From a virus (lineage: Duplodnaviria; Caudoviricetes): DNA of 60,876 bases. The position numbers were made by a program, and so were the translations under genes. The notes beneath the pieces were generated by a model, which worked only from the letters and a program-made list of their open reading frames with translations, was not told the DNA's origin and did not search any database. Below are positions 17,293 through 26,578 of the stretch, in pieces. How positions within the stretch are numbered: position 1 is the stretch's first letter; every line of letters starts with the position of its first letter. Location of the stretch: positions 1-60,876 of the IMG/VR virus record IMGVR_UViG_3300021961_000097; one strand, 5' to 3'.

Positions 17293-18015
17293 CTAAGTTA
17301 GGGATTCGATTCTATTCGTGTCAGATTTTTTTTTCAATGCTTCTTCGTGAAATTTTTCAACGCGACGCATCCAGGCTTCCTTGTGTTGTTTAAATTCCTG
17401 GCCTGTAGTGGTGAATTCCATTGTCGAGCCGTCCCTGACCGCCATCAGCACTACGCCGAAATTGATATCGGTGCCATAGACCATGTCGTGAGCCATCGCG
17501 TATGCCGCAAGTTGTTGAAAGTAGTCTTGAATCCACTCTTTCCGTTTGGGTTTGTTTGACTGCTTGAAGTCTATGATCGCAGGTTGGCCCCGGTAGACCC
17601 CGATTAGGTCCGTGGTCCCTGCGTATTTATCCGGGTAGTAAAGTGCTATTTCACTGCCCCAGACCTCCGAAATGTTCTGGAAATAGGCGTTCACAATCCT
17701 GTACCCCATCTCGTAGCCGCGAACCATTTGCCAGTTAGTCGGGCGTGGCAGGTCACGCATCAGGACCATGCGCTCAATAACCGAGTGCAGGTAGGTGCCA
17801 ACAGTGGCCGCGTCGTTCTTGATGCGGTCGGCCTCCTCCTGGCCCACACGGGCAACCCACTCGTCCAGCTTGGTCGTGTCCTTGGTCGCGCTGAGTATGG
17901 TCGTCACGCTGGGCAGTTTCTGGTCGCCGTAAACGTAGCGACGGCCTTCCGGCAAATCCTGGCGGAGCAATTTGTGGTATTTGAATAAATTTTTTACTGG
18001 GATCAAATCAACCAA
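17293..18015 (-). CDS. PD-(D/E)XK exonuclease
   Basis: LPSVTTIL, GTYLH, YAGTTDL, IIDFKQS, QLAAYA. Confidence 0.9.
   Translation of the reverse strand: MVDLIPVKNLFKYHKLLRQDLPEGRRYVYGDQKLPSVTTILSATKDTTKLDEWVARVGQEEADRIKNDAATVGTYLHSVIERMVLMRDLPRPTNWQMVRGYEMGYRIVNAYFQNISEVWGSEIALYYPDKYAGTTDLIGVYRGQPAIIDFKQSNKPKRKEWIQDYFQQLAAYAMAHDMVYGTDINFGVVLMAVRDGSTMEFTTTGQEFKQHKEAWMRRVEKFHEEALKKKSDTNRIESLT
17309..17337 (-). promoter_or_regulatory. Sigma70-type promoter
   Basis: TTGAAA-17-TAGAAT in 3' end of exonuclease gene. Confidence 0.6.
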
Positions 18016-19457
18016 TTTTTCAACTCCTCACCCATGACGGCATTCGACAGGTCAATTTTGTCGCGCAGGGCTTTAACAATTTTTTCATCGACGGTGCCAG
18101 GACTCATCAAGTCAACGTAGGTTACCTTGCGGGTCTGCCCGATACGATGGGCACGGTCCTCTGATTGCAGGCGGACCTCCAGGTCAAAGCTATTGCTGTA
18201 GTAAACCACGGTGTCTGCCGCCGTCAGCGTCAGGCCGTAGCCGCCCGTCCTGGGATTGCCTACGAAAAACCGCAATTCACTGTCAGGGTCCTGAAACTCC
18301 TTGACCACGCGGCGCCGCTCTTCGTCGTCGGTGTCCCCATAATAGGTGCCGACAGCAGTCATGCCGTATTCTTTTGACAGCGCGATTTTTATAGCCTCAA
18401 TGTCGTGCCTGTATGTGGCCCAGATGATGACCTTGTCGGAAGCCTCTTCAATCACAGAGAGCAGTTCTTGTAGCCTGTAATTCGGTATTTCTTTGACGGT
18501 ATCGTCGTCCATCTTTACGTGGCCGCACACAATCTGATGCAGGCGCATGATCTGAGTCAGCGCGTTGACCGTGGTTACCATGCCATCGTTGAACATAGCC
18601 AAGGCCATCGTCTTCATGTCGTTGTAGGCCACAATCTGTTCCTTGGTCAACTGCACTTCGCGCTTCATGAAGACCTTGTCGGGCAGGTCCAGACACTGGT
18701 CTTTGCGAATGCGGTAGCTAAATCGGTCAATTTTTGATTTTAGTTCGTCCAGTTTGCGGTACCCGACGACTTTCTTATACGAGTGCGACGGTGCGTGTTT
18801 TTCAATCAGCACGGCGTACCGGGACCGGAAAGAATAATAACTCGGGCTATCCAGGCAGTCCTCTGACAGAAAAGCGCACTGCTGGTAGATGTCCAGGGGT
18901 GAGCGGGTGATTGGCGAACCCGTCATTATCCGGCGATATGCGGCCTGTTTGCCCAGCTTGGCAATCGCCTTTGCCCGTTTCGCAGTGTGAGTTTTGATTG
19001 TTGTGCTTTCGTCAACTGCAACAAAGCCCCTCGTTGCGTTCAGGAAGCGGCTGACGTAGGTCACGCCCTTGGTCGTGGACAAGGCCTCGACGTTCATCAC
19101 CAGTATCTTTAGATCGTCGCTGACATCCCAGAGCGCATCCAGGGCGGCCTCTTCTGCTTTGCGCGGACTCGGCGTCCAGAGCGCAGTTCGATGCGTGATA
19201 TGGTCCGGCAGGTGCTTGGGCAGTTCAATGTCCACCCAGTTCCTGTAAACACCTTTTGGCGCAATGATGATCACCGCATTAATCTTGCCTGCGTCGTACA
19301 GCATGGCGAAATTATTAATCACCATATAAGTTTTTCCGGTGCCCATGTCGGCGAAGAGTGCCGCGTAGGGTCTTTTCCAGAATCCGGCGAGATAATCGCG
19401 CTGGTGCGCGTAGGGCGGGTTTTTGAACGGATAGCGTTCCAGCCACATTGCTTCCAT
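18003..19457 (-). CDS. SNF2-family SF2 helicase
   Basis: DMGTGKT, VDEST, TGSP, GGYGLTLT, QSEDRAHRIGQ. Confidence 0.95.
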   Translation of the reverse strand: MEAMWLERYPFKNPPYAHQRDYLAGFWKRPYAALFADMGTGKTYMVINNFAMLYDAGKINAVIIIAPKGVYRNWVDIELPKHLPDHITHRTALWTPSPRKAEEAALDALWDVSDDLKILVMNVEALSTTKGVTYVSRFLNATRGFVAVDESTTIKTHTAKRAKAIAKLGKQAAYRRIMTGSPITRSPLDIYQQCAFLSEDCLDSPSYYSFRSRYAVLIEKHAPSHSYKKVVGYRKLDELKSKIDRFSYRIRKDQCLDLPDKVFMKREVQLTKEQIVAYNDMKTMALAMFNDGMVTTVNALTQIMRLHQIVCGHVKMDDDTVKEIPNYRLQELLSVIEEASDKVIIWATYRHDIEAIKIALSKEYGMTAVGTYYGDTDDEERRRVVKEFQDPDSELRFFVGNPRTGGYGLTLTAADTVVYYSNSFDLEVRLQSEDRAHRIGQTRKVTYVDLMSPGTVDEKIVKALRDKIDLSNAVMGEELKNWLI

Positions 19458-19466
19458 CAGATTATC

Positions 19467-19649
19467 CTACCAGGGCCGGACGTATGGAACGTATTTTTTT
19501 CTTAACAACTTGCAAGCGGCCTCCAGGCGCAACTCATCTTTCGGCGTGTTACGGAAGCGGTGCATGCTCAAAGCCCAGTGCATGTTTTTCAGGAACACCC
19601 CAGCAGAATTGCCACGACCAACGATCTTTTTTGCTTCTTCAATTGTCAT
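19467..19649 (-). CDS. Small basic hypothetical protein
   Basis: AAAGGAG RBS, ATGA overlap with HD gene. Confidence 0.7.
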   Translation of the reverse strand: MTIEEAKKIVGRGNSAGVFLKNMHWALSMHRFRNTPKDELRLEAACKLLRKKYVPYVRPW

Positions 19650-20155
19650 TTCAGTTCTCCTTTCTTGCCTCTGATTATACCAGTCAGTATGGCCGTTAAG
19701 CCAGGGTGCGCTTTGGTCATCAGCATGTTCAGCGCCGCTTTTTCTATCCTGTAGGTCTTGTAGAACTCCGGGTCGTATTCCTCCAGCGTCGCCATGTTGT
19801 GGATCGCGTCAGCGATCTTGATGTTGTGGGCGCCAGAAGGGCCGTCGGCAAAGTGACTGGCGTTGACTGCGAATCTACTTTTCCTGTTTTCGATCTCAGG
19901 GCCGGCGACGTTGGTGACGTACTTGACCAGGTTTGCGACGACTGGGCCGAACTCCGCTTCGATCTCTTCCAGGGTGACCGGGGTGTCCTCGACGACGTCG
20001 TGCAGGACCGCCGCCACTATCACCTCCGGCCTTGGGTCAAAAACCCTGACCAGTTCAGCCACCGCGATGGGGTGAGTGATGTAGGGGGCGCCGGTGTATT
20101 TCCTGACCGCACCCTCGTGTGCTTTCGTGGCGAATTTTACTGCTTTTTCGTACAT
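19646..20155 (-). CDS. HD-domain small alarmone hydrolase (Mesh1/SpoT-hydrolase-like)
   Basis: AHEGAVRKYTGAPYITHPIAVA, AAVLHDVVEDT, EIEAEFG..VA.LV..VT, IKIADAIHN. Confidence 0.9.
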   Translation of the reverse strand: MYEKAVKFATKAHEGAVRKYTGAPYITHPIAVAELVRVFDPRPEVIVAAVLHDVVEDTPVTLEEIEAEFGPVVANLVKYVTNVAGPEIENRKSRFAVNASHFADGPSGAHNIKIADAIHNMATLEEYDPEFYKTYRIEKAALNMLMTKAHPGLTAILTGIIRGKKGELK

Positions 20156-20222
20156 CTCTTTCTCCTTTCTTCAACGTAATAATATCAAAACTACGGATAT
20201 TTTCAACTACTTTTTTCTACTT
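20156..20222 (-). promoter_or_regulatory. Early promoter + RBS repeat copy (short variant)
   Basis: AAGTAG-TTGAAA-16-TATTAT with TGn, then AGAAAGGAGAAAGAG-ATG. Confidence 0.8.
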
Positions 20223-20238
20223 TCTCCCCGGTTAATTG

Positions 20239-20254
20239 ACGCCATCCCTGGCGT
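20239..20254 (-). promoter_or_regulatory. Hairpin with GGA loop (CsrA/RsmA-type site)
   Basis: ACGCC-AGGGAT-GGCGT contains CAGGGATG. Confidence 0.45.
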
Positions 20255-20259
20255 TTTTG

Positions 20260-20604
20260 TTAGTCCGGCCTTGATGAGGACCAAGCCTGGATTCCCTTCG
20301 CCTTTAAGACATTAGCATACGCCTGTGCGGCTTGTTCTTTGATGTCCATGCTCTGACCCATGTAGCTGGAAGGGGACCACTTGTACAGCACCCCAGACTC
20401 CCAGGACTTCCTGAAACCAACCGCCTGTAAGGCCTTACCCAACTTGCTGTTCGATCTGGTTTTGACATTCACCCAGGCAAAACCGCAATACATCGGTTCT
20501 CCGTACTCCGCTAAAAATTTGGATACTACCTGGTCAGCAGAGGCGGTTGCCTCCGCATTGATTTTTTCCATCGCTTCCAAAGTCATAGTTTTTTCAACGC
20601 TCAT
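20260..20604 (-). CDS. Hypothetical early protein (CGFAWV...QSMDIKE family)
   Basis: Recognisable phage accessory motif; own promoter repeat. Confidence 0.8.
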   Translation of the reverse strand: MSVEKTMTLEAMEKINAEATASADQVVSKFLAEYGEPMYCGFAWVNVKTRSNSKLGKALQAVGFRKSWESGVLYKWSPSSYMGQSMDIKEQAAQAYANVLKAKGIQAWSSSRPD

Positions 20605-20696
20605 TTCTTTCTCCTTTCTGATTGAATTAACTTACACAGTCATATTACCAAAACAACAAACAAATGCAACTACTTTTATCTACTTTTATCTACTTT
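20605..20696 (-). promoter_or_regulatory. Early promoter + RBS repeat copy
   Basis: TTGCAT-16-TAATAT; three AAGTAG units at 10-bp spacing upstream. Confidence 0.85.
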
Positions 20697-20698
20697 AG

Positions 20699-21022
20699 TT
20701 AATAGCCGTAAGCCTCCGACCCGTAAGCGTTGCGTAAAAAGTTCCAGCCGTCTGCCTTTGTAGGGTCTTCTTTTGAAGATTTGACAAGTAATGCCTCTGC
20801 TTCCGCCTCTGCTTCTTCGCGTATATCTTTAAAGTAAGTAAAGGAACCAAAATCTTCGTCATCAACGTCTTCAGACTTGCAACCGGGAAACCAACCTTTA
20901 GAATAACATTTACCTTCAGGTGATTCTGCCACTACATAATAACCCTCGGCAGTATAATCGTATCCTTCCTCAGTTTTACCTACGACGTATAACTCTGACT
21001 CAACTCGATATGCATAACCCAT
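20699..21022 (-). CDS. Hypothetical acidic early protein
   Basis: RBS ACAGGAGAAAGAAAG; ends YGSEAYGY. Confidence 0.75.
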   Translation of the reverse strand: MGYAYRVESELYVVGKTEEGYDYTAEGYYVVAESPEGKCYSKGWFPGCKSEDVDDEDFGSFTYFKDIREEAEAEAEALLVKSSKEDPTKADGWNFLRNAYGSEAYGY

Positions 21023-21042
21023 CTTTCTTTCTCCTGTCTGAT

Positions 21043-21294
21043 TTAAAATGCTTCTGCTACTATATCGGCTCTATACTCATTGACGGCAAACACCATTCTA
21101 CTAACTTTTTTAATGGCGCCGTTTGCTGATCTTGGAACTCCTACCTTTTTACCTTTACAATCAAAACCATCTGCCAGCAAAAGTTTTTCAACACCCTCGT
21201 CGTCATAACACTCAACAATAATATCCCATCCCCCACGAGCGTAATTCGCTTCGGCATGGGCTTTAACTGCTTCAACCATTTCTTTCATTTTCAT
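21043..21294 (-). CDS. Hypothetical early protein
   Basis: VKAHAEANY..GWDIIVECY motif; follows promoter repeat. Confidence 0.8.
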   Translation of the reverse strand: MKMKEMVEAVKAHAEANYARGGWDIIVECYDDEGVEKLLLADGFDCKGKKVGVPRSANGAIKKVSRMVFAVNEYRADIVAEAF

Positions 21295-21401
21295 CTCTTT
21301 CTCCTTTCTGTTTATTTACCCTACATGCTCATAATAACAAATCTTATGAAAAATACAACTATTTTTTTCTACTTTTTTCTACTTTATTTATCAATAAGTT
21401 A
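21295..21401 (-). promoter_or_regulatory. Early promoter + RBS repeat copy with upstream IHF-type site
   Basis: TTGTAT-16-TATTAT; TATCAATAAGTTA at 21389-21401. Confidence 0.8.
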
Positions 21402-21424
21402 GCCCCGCCCTGGTGAGCGGGGCT
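21401..21424 (-). terminator. Hairpin after gene stop, possible terminator
   Basis: AGCCCCGC-N8-GCGGGGCT; weak U-tract. Confidence 0.5.
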
Positions 21425-21432
21425 GGTCCTGG

Positions 21433-21720
21433 CTACTTGAAAAGGTTTCTCAGCAACAACTTGCCGTCAATCGTAAAAGGCTTGCCGTCAGGCTCAAATA
21501 CTTCACAGTCCTCACGCTTGTCTGCCTCGAAGAGGCAGTCACTACACAGGACCCCCCACTTCACGTCTTCTGGGTCTTCGGCTTCACTGTCGGTGCCGTC
21601 GACTTGCCAGGTTTGAGTCGGAAGACTTCTGTGCATCTTGACGCCGTACTTCGCTTCTCCAAGTTGCTGACATCTCCAACAGTAGTCTTCAAATAGCTTT
21701 ACAATTTTAAAAGTCATCAT
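21433..21720 (-). CDS. Hypothetical protein with two CxxC pairs
   Basis: CWRC...CSDC; AGAAAGGAG RBS. Confidence 0.7.
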   Translation of the reverse strand: MMTFKIVKLFEDYCWRCQQLGEAKYGVKMHRSLPTQTWQVDGTDSEAEDPEDVKWGVLCSDCLFEADKREDCEVFEPDGKPFTIDGKLLLRNLFK

Positions 21721-21881
21721 TTTGATTTTCTCCTTTCTGCACGCACTCTCTTCTTGTACGTCTCGGTTGGTTCGTTGATTGTGTTGCTGGCGAAGTAACT
21801 CACCGCGCCATTCTTATCACGGTAACTGATCGTCACGGTTCTCTGAATGAAATCCGGTTCAGTAATTTTTACCTTTCTCAT
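21717..21881 (-). CDS. 54-aa basic protein (below ORF track cutoff)
   Basis: MRKVKITEPDFIQRTVTISYRDKNGAVSYFASNTINEPTETYKKRVRAERRKSK; AGAAAGGAG RBS; ATGA coupling. Confidence 0.65.
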   Translation of the reverse strand: MRKVKITEPDFIQRTVTISYRDKNGAVSYFASNTINEPTETYKKRVRAERRKSK

Positions 21882-21955
21882 TTCATTTCTCCTTTCTGTT
21901 AAAGAACGTAAGCATCATTTAACTTACATGCATATTATAGCAAATGGGTTTTTCA
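21882..21955 (-). promoter_or_regulatory. Early promoter (extended -10) + RBS
   Basis: TGcTATAAT (-10 at 21944-21949), TGTAAGTTAA as in other copies, AGAAAGGAG. Confidence 0.65.
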
Positions 21956-21959
21956 TTTT

Positions 21960-22118
21960 TTGACACTTCATGCAAAAACAGACGTTTCGCATCGCTACAG
22001 CCCAATGATTACGGGGGTGACTTGCTCAGAAAAAAAAACTTGACACTGGTTTTTACAGTGTTTGCGAACACAAAAACAGCGATTTGCATCGCTGTAGCCT
22101 AGTGATTATGCGGGGTGA
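21960..22118. repeat. Imperfect direct repeat in intergenic region
   Basis: TTGACACT...CAAAAACAG..GCATCGCT..AGCC...TGATTA...GGGGTGA twice. Confidence 0.75.
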
Positions 22119-22129
22119 AATTTTTTTTT

Positions 22130-24799
22130 TTACGCTATGTCGAAAGGAAAAAGCGACCTGTACATTTCACGGCTTGAAGGTCCGGATGGCCCTTGGGCCT
22201 CGGGACTAGGTGCAGGTGCAGGCGCTCCTGGTCCTTGGCTCCCGATTCCAGGAACACCGCGTGACGGCACTTGGATGGATGGCTCTGCACGAACCATCCT
22301 AGCGCGATTCATTTGTTCTGTTTGCAACTGTTCCACTTCTTCTGTCTGTTGGGGAAAAGCACCTTCTGCCACGGCAGTTGAACTTGCCTGATATATCGCT
22401 CGGACAAAAGCAGACCCTGTTGCATTAGCGTCTCCTTCAAGGCCTATGGTTTTTGCAAATTTCTTCCATGCTGAACTATTACTAAATCTATTAATTGACT
22501 GGTCAGAATATCCATCGCGAACCATATTCAAAAATGCAGGCGATGATAAAAGAGCATCAGCATCTTTGAGTGCTTGCGTCTGTGCCGATACTTTGGGTTT
22601 AGCGGCCTGCGAGACACCAGAACGAATAACCCTGGCTGTTGTGTACATTCCTGGCGGAAGAACCGTTGATAACACTAATTCACCCAGACCAGCTTTGGCA
22701 CCTTCTATAGCCATGTCACCGACGCGGGACATAAATGTTTCAGTAGCCAGCAACTCTGTCAGTTGCATCGAAGCGCCGTTATACCTTCGTGTATCTAGTG
22801 CCCTAGAAATTCCCGTAGTGACTTTATAGACATTATCTAATGTCCTCATTGTCTCTTCGGGAAGATATTTTTTTAACGCATCATGAGTAGGCTTGTTTGC
22901 GAGAACGCCCCTATACCATTCAGAGTATACTTTTGCAGTAAGGCCGCCGTTCTTTGTGTTGTTTGAAAGCATCATTTGAACGCCAGACAATACTGCATCT
23001 GCACGCATATCTTCTGGAATAGCTTCTATCAATTTTACAAATTTATATTGATCTCCAGTCGCCAGTTCTTTGGTAGCGGTCTTCAATGGTTTAACCATTG
23101 ATTCGCCCCCAAGAGTTTTTGCAACTTGAGAACCAAAGATAGATTTTTGATCGTCCATTAAACCAAACCTAAACTGGCTAGTTTGCCGGGCCAGGTCAAA
23201 ATCATCTAAGACTTGATATTCTGGGGTTATCTTAGTTTCGGGGTCAAAGGCTAACGGCCTTTCCCTTGTTTGGACAGGAAGAGTTTCTCTAAACGCCTTT
23301 CTTTCCTCTGCCAGTATCTCTCCGTAAAATTTACGAAGCGCGGTGTCAGATTCTGTGGCGTACCTTCCATTTCCTTTCATGCCCTCAGTTAAACTACGTC
23401 TGAAAGTATCAAAGAACTCCAGGCGAGGAGGGGTTATTTCAACTACTCTGCCATCTACTATTTTTTCTTTAGGGGTAAATTCCTTTAAGAAATCCTGCAT
23501 GTAGGAAGGTAAGCCAGTTATCCCACCAGGAGTTTTGTCTGCTTGATTTAATATCCGTCCCAATAAGGCTTTTGGTTCGTATGCTAGTGGAGGGAGTCCA
23601 TTTCTTTGACGCGCACCTTGGACATTATCTATGGTGTCTCTTACGTTATCCCATAGTCCATCTGCGGTTTTGTCTAATTCATCAATTTGAGTCCTAAATG
23701 TATAAGCCACATCTTCGCTTATGTCACCCGGCGCCCTAGCCCCAAGTTCGTGCAGTGTTTCAACGAGTTTGCCAGATAACTCCCCTAAAGACTTAACTTC
23801 TTGATTTCTCGCGGCGCTACCTGACCAAGATTTAATTAGACCGACCAGTTCTATGAACTGCATATCAGTGCTAACATGATCTGGTTGCAGATATTCAGCT
23901 ATTCCTAATTCTTCTGCGGCGGCAACAATTTCATAATCAACCTTCCCAAGTTCAGCCAGTTCTTCTTGCGCACTTACGTCGCCGTCTTTTGCCCTATTTA
24001 CCAATTCTTTTAGTTTATCATCAGTGAGCAACGGCTTTTCGACCACGTCTGTAGGGGGTCGATACCTGTGCAACATATTGGTATAGAGGTTTTTAAATGC
24101 ACCCAATACGTTCTTTGCGCCGACCTTTGCGGCCTGCCCTCCAACGGGGATTGAGGTCTCAATAGCAACGTCCAGGGTGTTAAATTCGCCGCCTATTGAT
24201 TTTTGGTAAAGTTGATAACCGAGTTGAGTAAGCCCGTAACTGCCCGCCGCAAGAAGAGCAAGCGGCCATCCTGCCAAGCCAGCGCCAGCGGCACCAGCGG
24301 CAACAAAACCAGCAGGCACAGCGCCCAACACCTGTCCCGCAAATCGGGTAGTGTCGCCCTCACCGTATCCTGGCTTTATTGCATACTGCACTCCGTCAAC
24401 ACCGGAGGTTAGCAAGTAATTCCCTTTCTCGTCTTGGCTAACTTCAACATCAGGAAACTGGGCCTTTATTATCTGTGCCATTTCGCTTGGTTCGGCACTA
24501 TATAGGGCAGGGGAGGTCTGAATTACATCAACCCCTAACTCGTTTAATTCTGGCATACGCCAATAATTTGGCAGTGTCCGAGTTGCTTCTGTTTCCCTGG
24601 CGTTTCCGGTGAAAGACTCCCCGATCATGCCCAAGATTCCCATTCCCTCATAAGGGTCTATTTTCTGGCCGCCAGCCGCTTCCTGTGCGAGAAGTCTGTC
24701 ATACTCCTCCACCATGAGATTAAAATCACCACTGCCCTTTTGGTCAGCGTTATCTATTATCCAGTTCTCTAATTGCTCGACAGAGTATTCTTCTTCCAT
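22130..24799 (-). CDS. DNA ejection / internal virion protein, P22 gp16-like
   Basis: Last of four large genes after nozzle; TG..R.T....L....PELN...QDEKGN......YAIKPG recalls P22-like DNA transfer proteins. Confidence 0.6.
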   Translation of the reverse strand: MEEEYSVEQLENWIIDNADQKGSGDFNLMVEEYDRLLAQEAAGGQKIDPYEGMGILGMIGESFTGNARETEATRTLPNYWRMPELNELGVDVIQTSPALYSAEPSEMAQIIKAQFPDVEVSQDEKGNYLLTSGVDGVQYAIKPGYGEGDTTRFAGQVLGAVPAGFVAAGAAGAGLAGWPLALLAAGSYGLTQLGYQLYQKSIGGEFNTLDVAIETSIPVGGQAAKVGAKNVLGAFKNLYTNMLHRYRPPTDVVEKPLLTDDKLKELVNRAKDGDVSAQEELAELGKVDYEIVAAAEELGIAEYLQPDHVSTDMQFIELVGLIKSWSGSAARNQEVKSLGELSGKLVETLHELGARAPGDISEDVAYTFRTQIDELDKTADGLWDNVRDTIDNVQGARQRNGLPPLAYEPKALLGRILNQADKTPGGITGLPSYMQDFLKEFTPKEKIVDGRVVEITPPRLEFFDTFRRSLTEGMKGNGRYATESDTALRKFYGEILAEERKAFRETLPVQTRERPLAFDPETKITPEYQVLDDFDLARQTSQFRFGLMDDQKSIFGSQVAKTLGGESMVKPLKTATKELATGDQYKFVKLIEAIPEDMRADAVLSGVQMMLSNNTKNGGLTAKVYSEWYRGVLANKPTHDALKKYLPEETMRTLDNVYKVTTGISRALDTRRYNGASMQLTELLATETFMSRVGDMAIEGAKAGLGELVLSTVLPPGMYTTARVIRSGVSQAAKPKVSAQTQALKDADALLSSPAFLNMVRDGYSDQSINRFSNSSAWKKFAKTIGLEGDANATGSAFVRAIYQASSTAVAEGAFPQQTEEVEQLQTEQMNRARMVRAEPSIQVPSRGVPGIGSQGPGAPAPAPSPEAQGPSGPSSREMYRSLFPFDIA

Positions 24800-24801
24800 C
24801 T

Positions 24802-26577
24802 TTATTCATTCCGACCCAAGATTTGTTTTACTCGTCGCCGACGATCACTACCAGGACCCTCATCCAATGATGATACTGGTTGCGGCATTTCAGGAATTTC
24901 CATCGGTGTTGTTGGATAGAAAGGAGTAATTTCAAACAAAGATTGCGCTCTTCCTGACTCTAATAACTCATTCCAATCTTCAATGTTCCGAACAGCCGCC
25001 TTTCTTCTAATTGCCGCCATACGCAACAAAGTATCTTTCGTTAATGTAATTCTACCGGCAACAACTTCTCTCAAGAATTCTCTTTCAGCAGGTGTATCCA
25101 AGCCCCTTGCACCAACCCCAAGATCAGATATAGCCCCAAACACATCTTTACCTAATGCTGAGTTCAACAATTCAACATCAGTAATGTTTTCTAAAAGTTC
25201 TGGATTATCAGAGAAAAGACTTCTGACCCGATTTATGTTTAACTTTAATTCAGCACCAAAGCCTGTTTCTAGATTTCCCTTCTGCAAAAGTTCTATTGTT
25301 TCGTCAAGATTACGAATGTCTGAACGTGCGTCCCTGGCGCTGTTATACATCGGCTCAACTGCTTCTTTTGCAATTTCCAAGCCGAACATTTCTTTCTTAT
25401 TGTCCGTCATATCAACCGCAGGAACAGGGGGTCTGCCCCCAGGAAGTTCCATTCTGCCTGCACTACTCATTTGCCAAGGAAGTGCCTGATCTGCCTCTGA
25501 GAGTCCCGCCTTTTCTTCTGCCGTGGCCGGCCTATAGGTTACTTGCGGCTTTTGCTTCAAAATATCGGAATAAATATCCAGTTTATTTTTCCTGAGTTCG
25601 GCGTTGTAATCGAGAGCCGTTGTCCGTTCTGCTTGAGCGGCCTGGAGTGCCGCAAGTCTTGCCTGCCTCTGTTGCGCATCAACTGTTGCGGCGGCTTTTG
25701 CGGCGGCGGCAGGAACATCACTGAACCCTGCCGCTAATCGGGCTATCGGGCTTCCGCTCAAACGCTCACCTGACGGTCCGACATTCCCGGCATAGCGAAG
25801 CGCGGCCTGGCCTAGACTAGCCAGAAATTGCGCCTTCGCGGCGTTCTTGTCCACGCCTAAAAGTTCGGCGTACATAGGCTCGAGTTCTTTTGTCCGGTCC
25901 ATGACGTTGCTGGGAACGTCCATCGGTTCCCTTGCTATTTCTGCCTGCAAAAGCGGCAGTATCTGGGCGATTACTTCAGGGGGATAAACGCCGCCAAGGG
26001 TATCAGACACGGCAGTGACGCCCTCTTCATCAGTGCCGTCTTGAAAATGCTGAACGATCCCGCCATGTCTCATGGGCATTGGCGCAGGTGCCGGACCCGC
26101 AGGGGGCATGGGCATTGGTCCTTGGTCCATGGGCAAAGAAGCGACACCCTCCGGCATAGCCGGGGGTGCCGAAAGCGCGTCCCTTGGAGAGACGTTAGGG
26201 GTTAATCCTTGCTGTGGGGCCATCATACTCGCAATGCCGGCCATTTCTTCCTGTGCCAGGATGGGCTGGAGCATAGCCAGGACTTCATCGGGCGTTTCAG
26301 CCGCCGCGTTGTAGCCCACCCTTTCGGCGAGTTCTTCGCGGCGCGCATCAATCGAGCGCATGTTGCCGCGCAGGTTGTTCATGAGGATTTCAGGTGATTT
26401 AGGCGTGCGCCCTGTAACACGGGCCATCTCGTCATCTTCACCGGACATGGTGCCCTCTTCTTCGCGCATGATTTCTTCCATGATCTCATCAATATCATCC
26501 ATGAAACCGCTCATGATGCCCACGTTCTCGACTTCGTCGTCGTCGACCATCTGCATTTTTTTGCTATTTTTTGCCAT
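24802..26577 (-). CDS. Internal virion / ejection protein
   Basis: Position; Ala/Gln-rich helical; start MAKNSKK follows upstream stop. Confidence 0.6.
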   Translation of the reverse strand: MAKNSKKMQMVDDDEVENVGIMSGFMDDIDEIMEEIMREEEGTMSGEDDEMARVTGRTPKSPEILMNNLRGNMRSIDARREELAERVGYNAAAETPDEVLAMLQPILAQEEMAGIASMMAPQQGLTPNVSPRDALSAPPAMPEGVASLPMDQGPMPMPPAGPAPAPMPMRHGGIVQHFQDGTDEEGVTAVSDTLGGVYPPEVIAQILPLLQAEIAREPMDVPSNVMDRTKELEPMYAELLGVDKNAAKAQFLASLGQAALRYAGNVGPSGERLSGSPIARLAAGFSDVPAAAAKAAATVDAQQRQARLAALQAAQAERTTALDYNAELRKNKLDIYSDILKQKPQVTYRPATAEEKAGLSEADQALPWQMSSAGRMELPGGRPPVPAVDMTDNKKEMFGLEIAKEAVEPMYNSARDARSDIRNLDETIELLQKGNLETGFGAELKLNINRVRSLFSDNPELLENITDVELLNSALGKDVFGAISDLGVGARGLDTPAEREFLREVVAGRITLTKDTLLRMAAIRRKAAVRNIEDWNELLESGRAQSLFEITPFYPTTPMEIPEMPQPVSSLDEGPGSDRRRRVKQILGRNE

Positions 26578-26578
26578 T

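Noticed and set aside
17293-18015. Cas4 / CRISPR-associated nuclease
   Set aside because: Lacks the Fe-S cysteines and sits in the replication module; ordinary phage exonuclease.
22121-22131. Poly-T as terminator for the ejection genes
   Set aside because: Reads as poly-A on the transcribed strand and has no adjacent GC stem.
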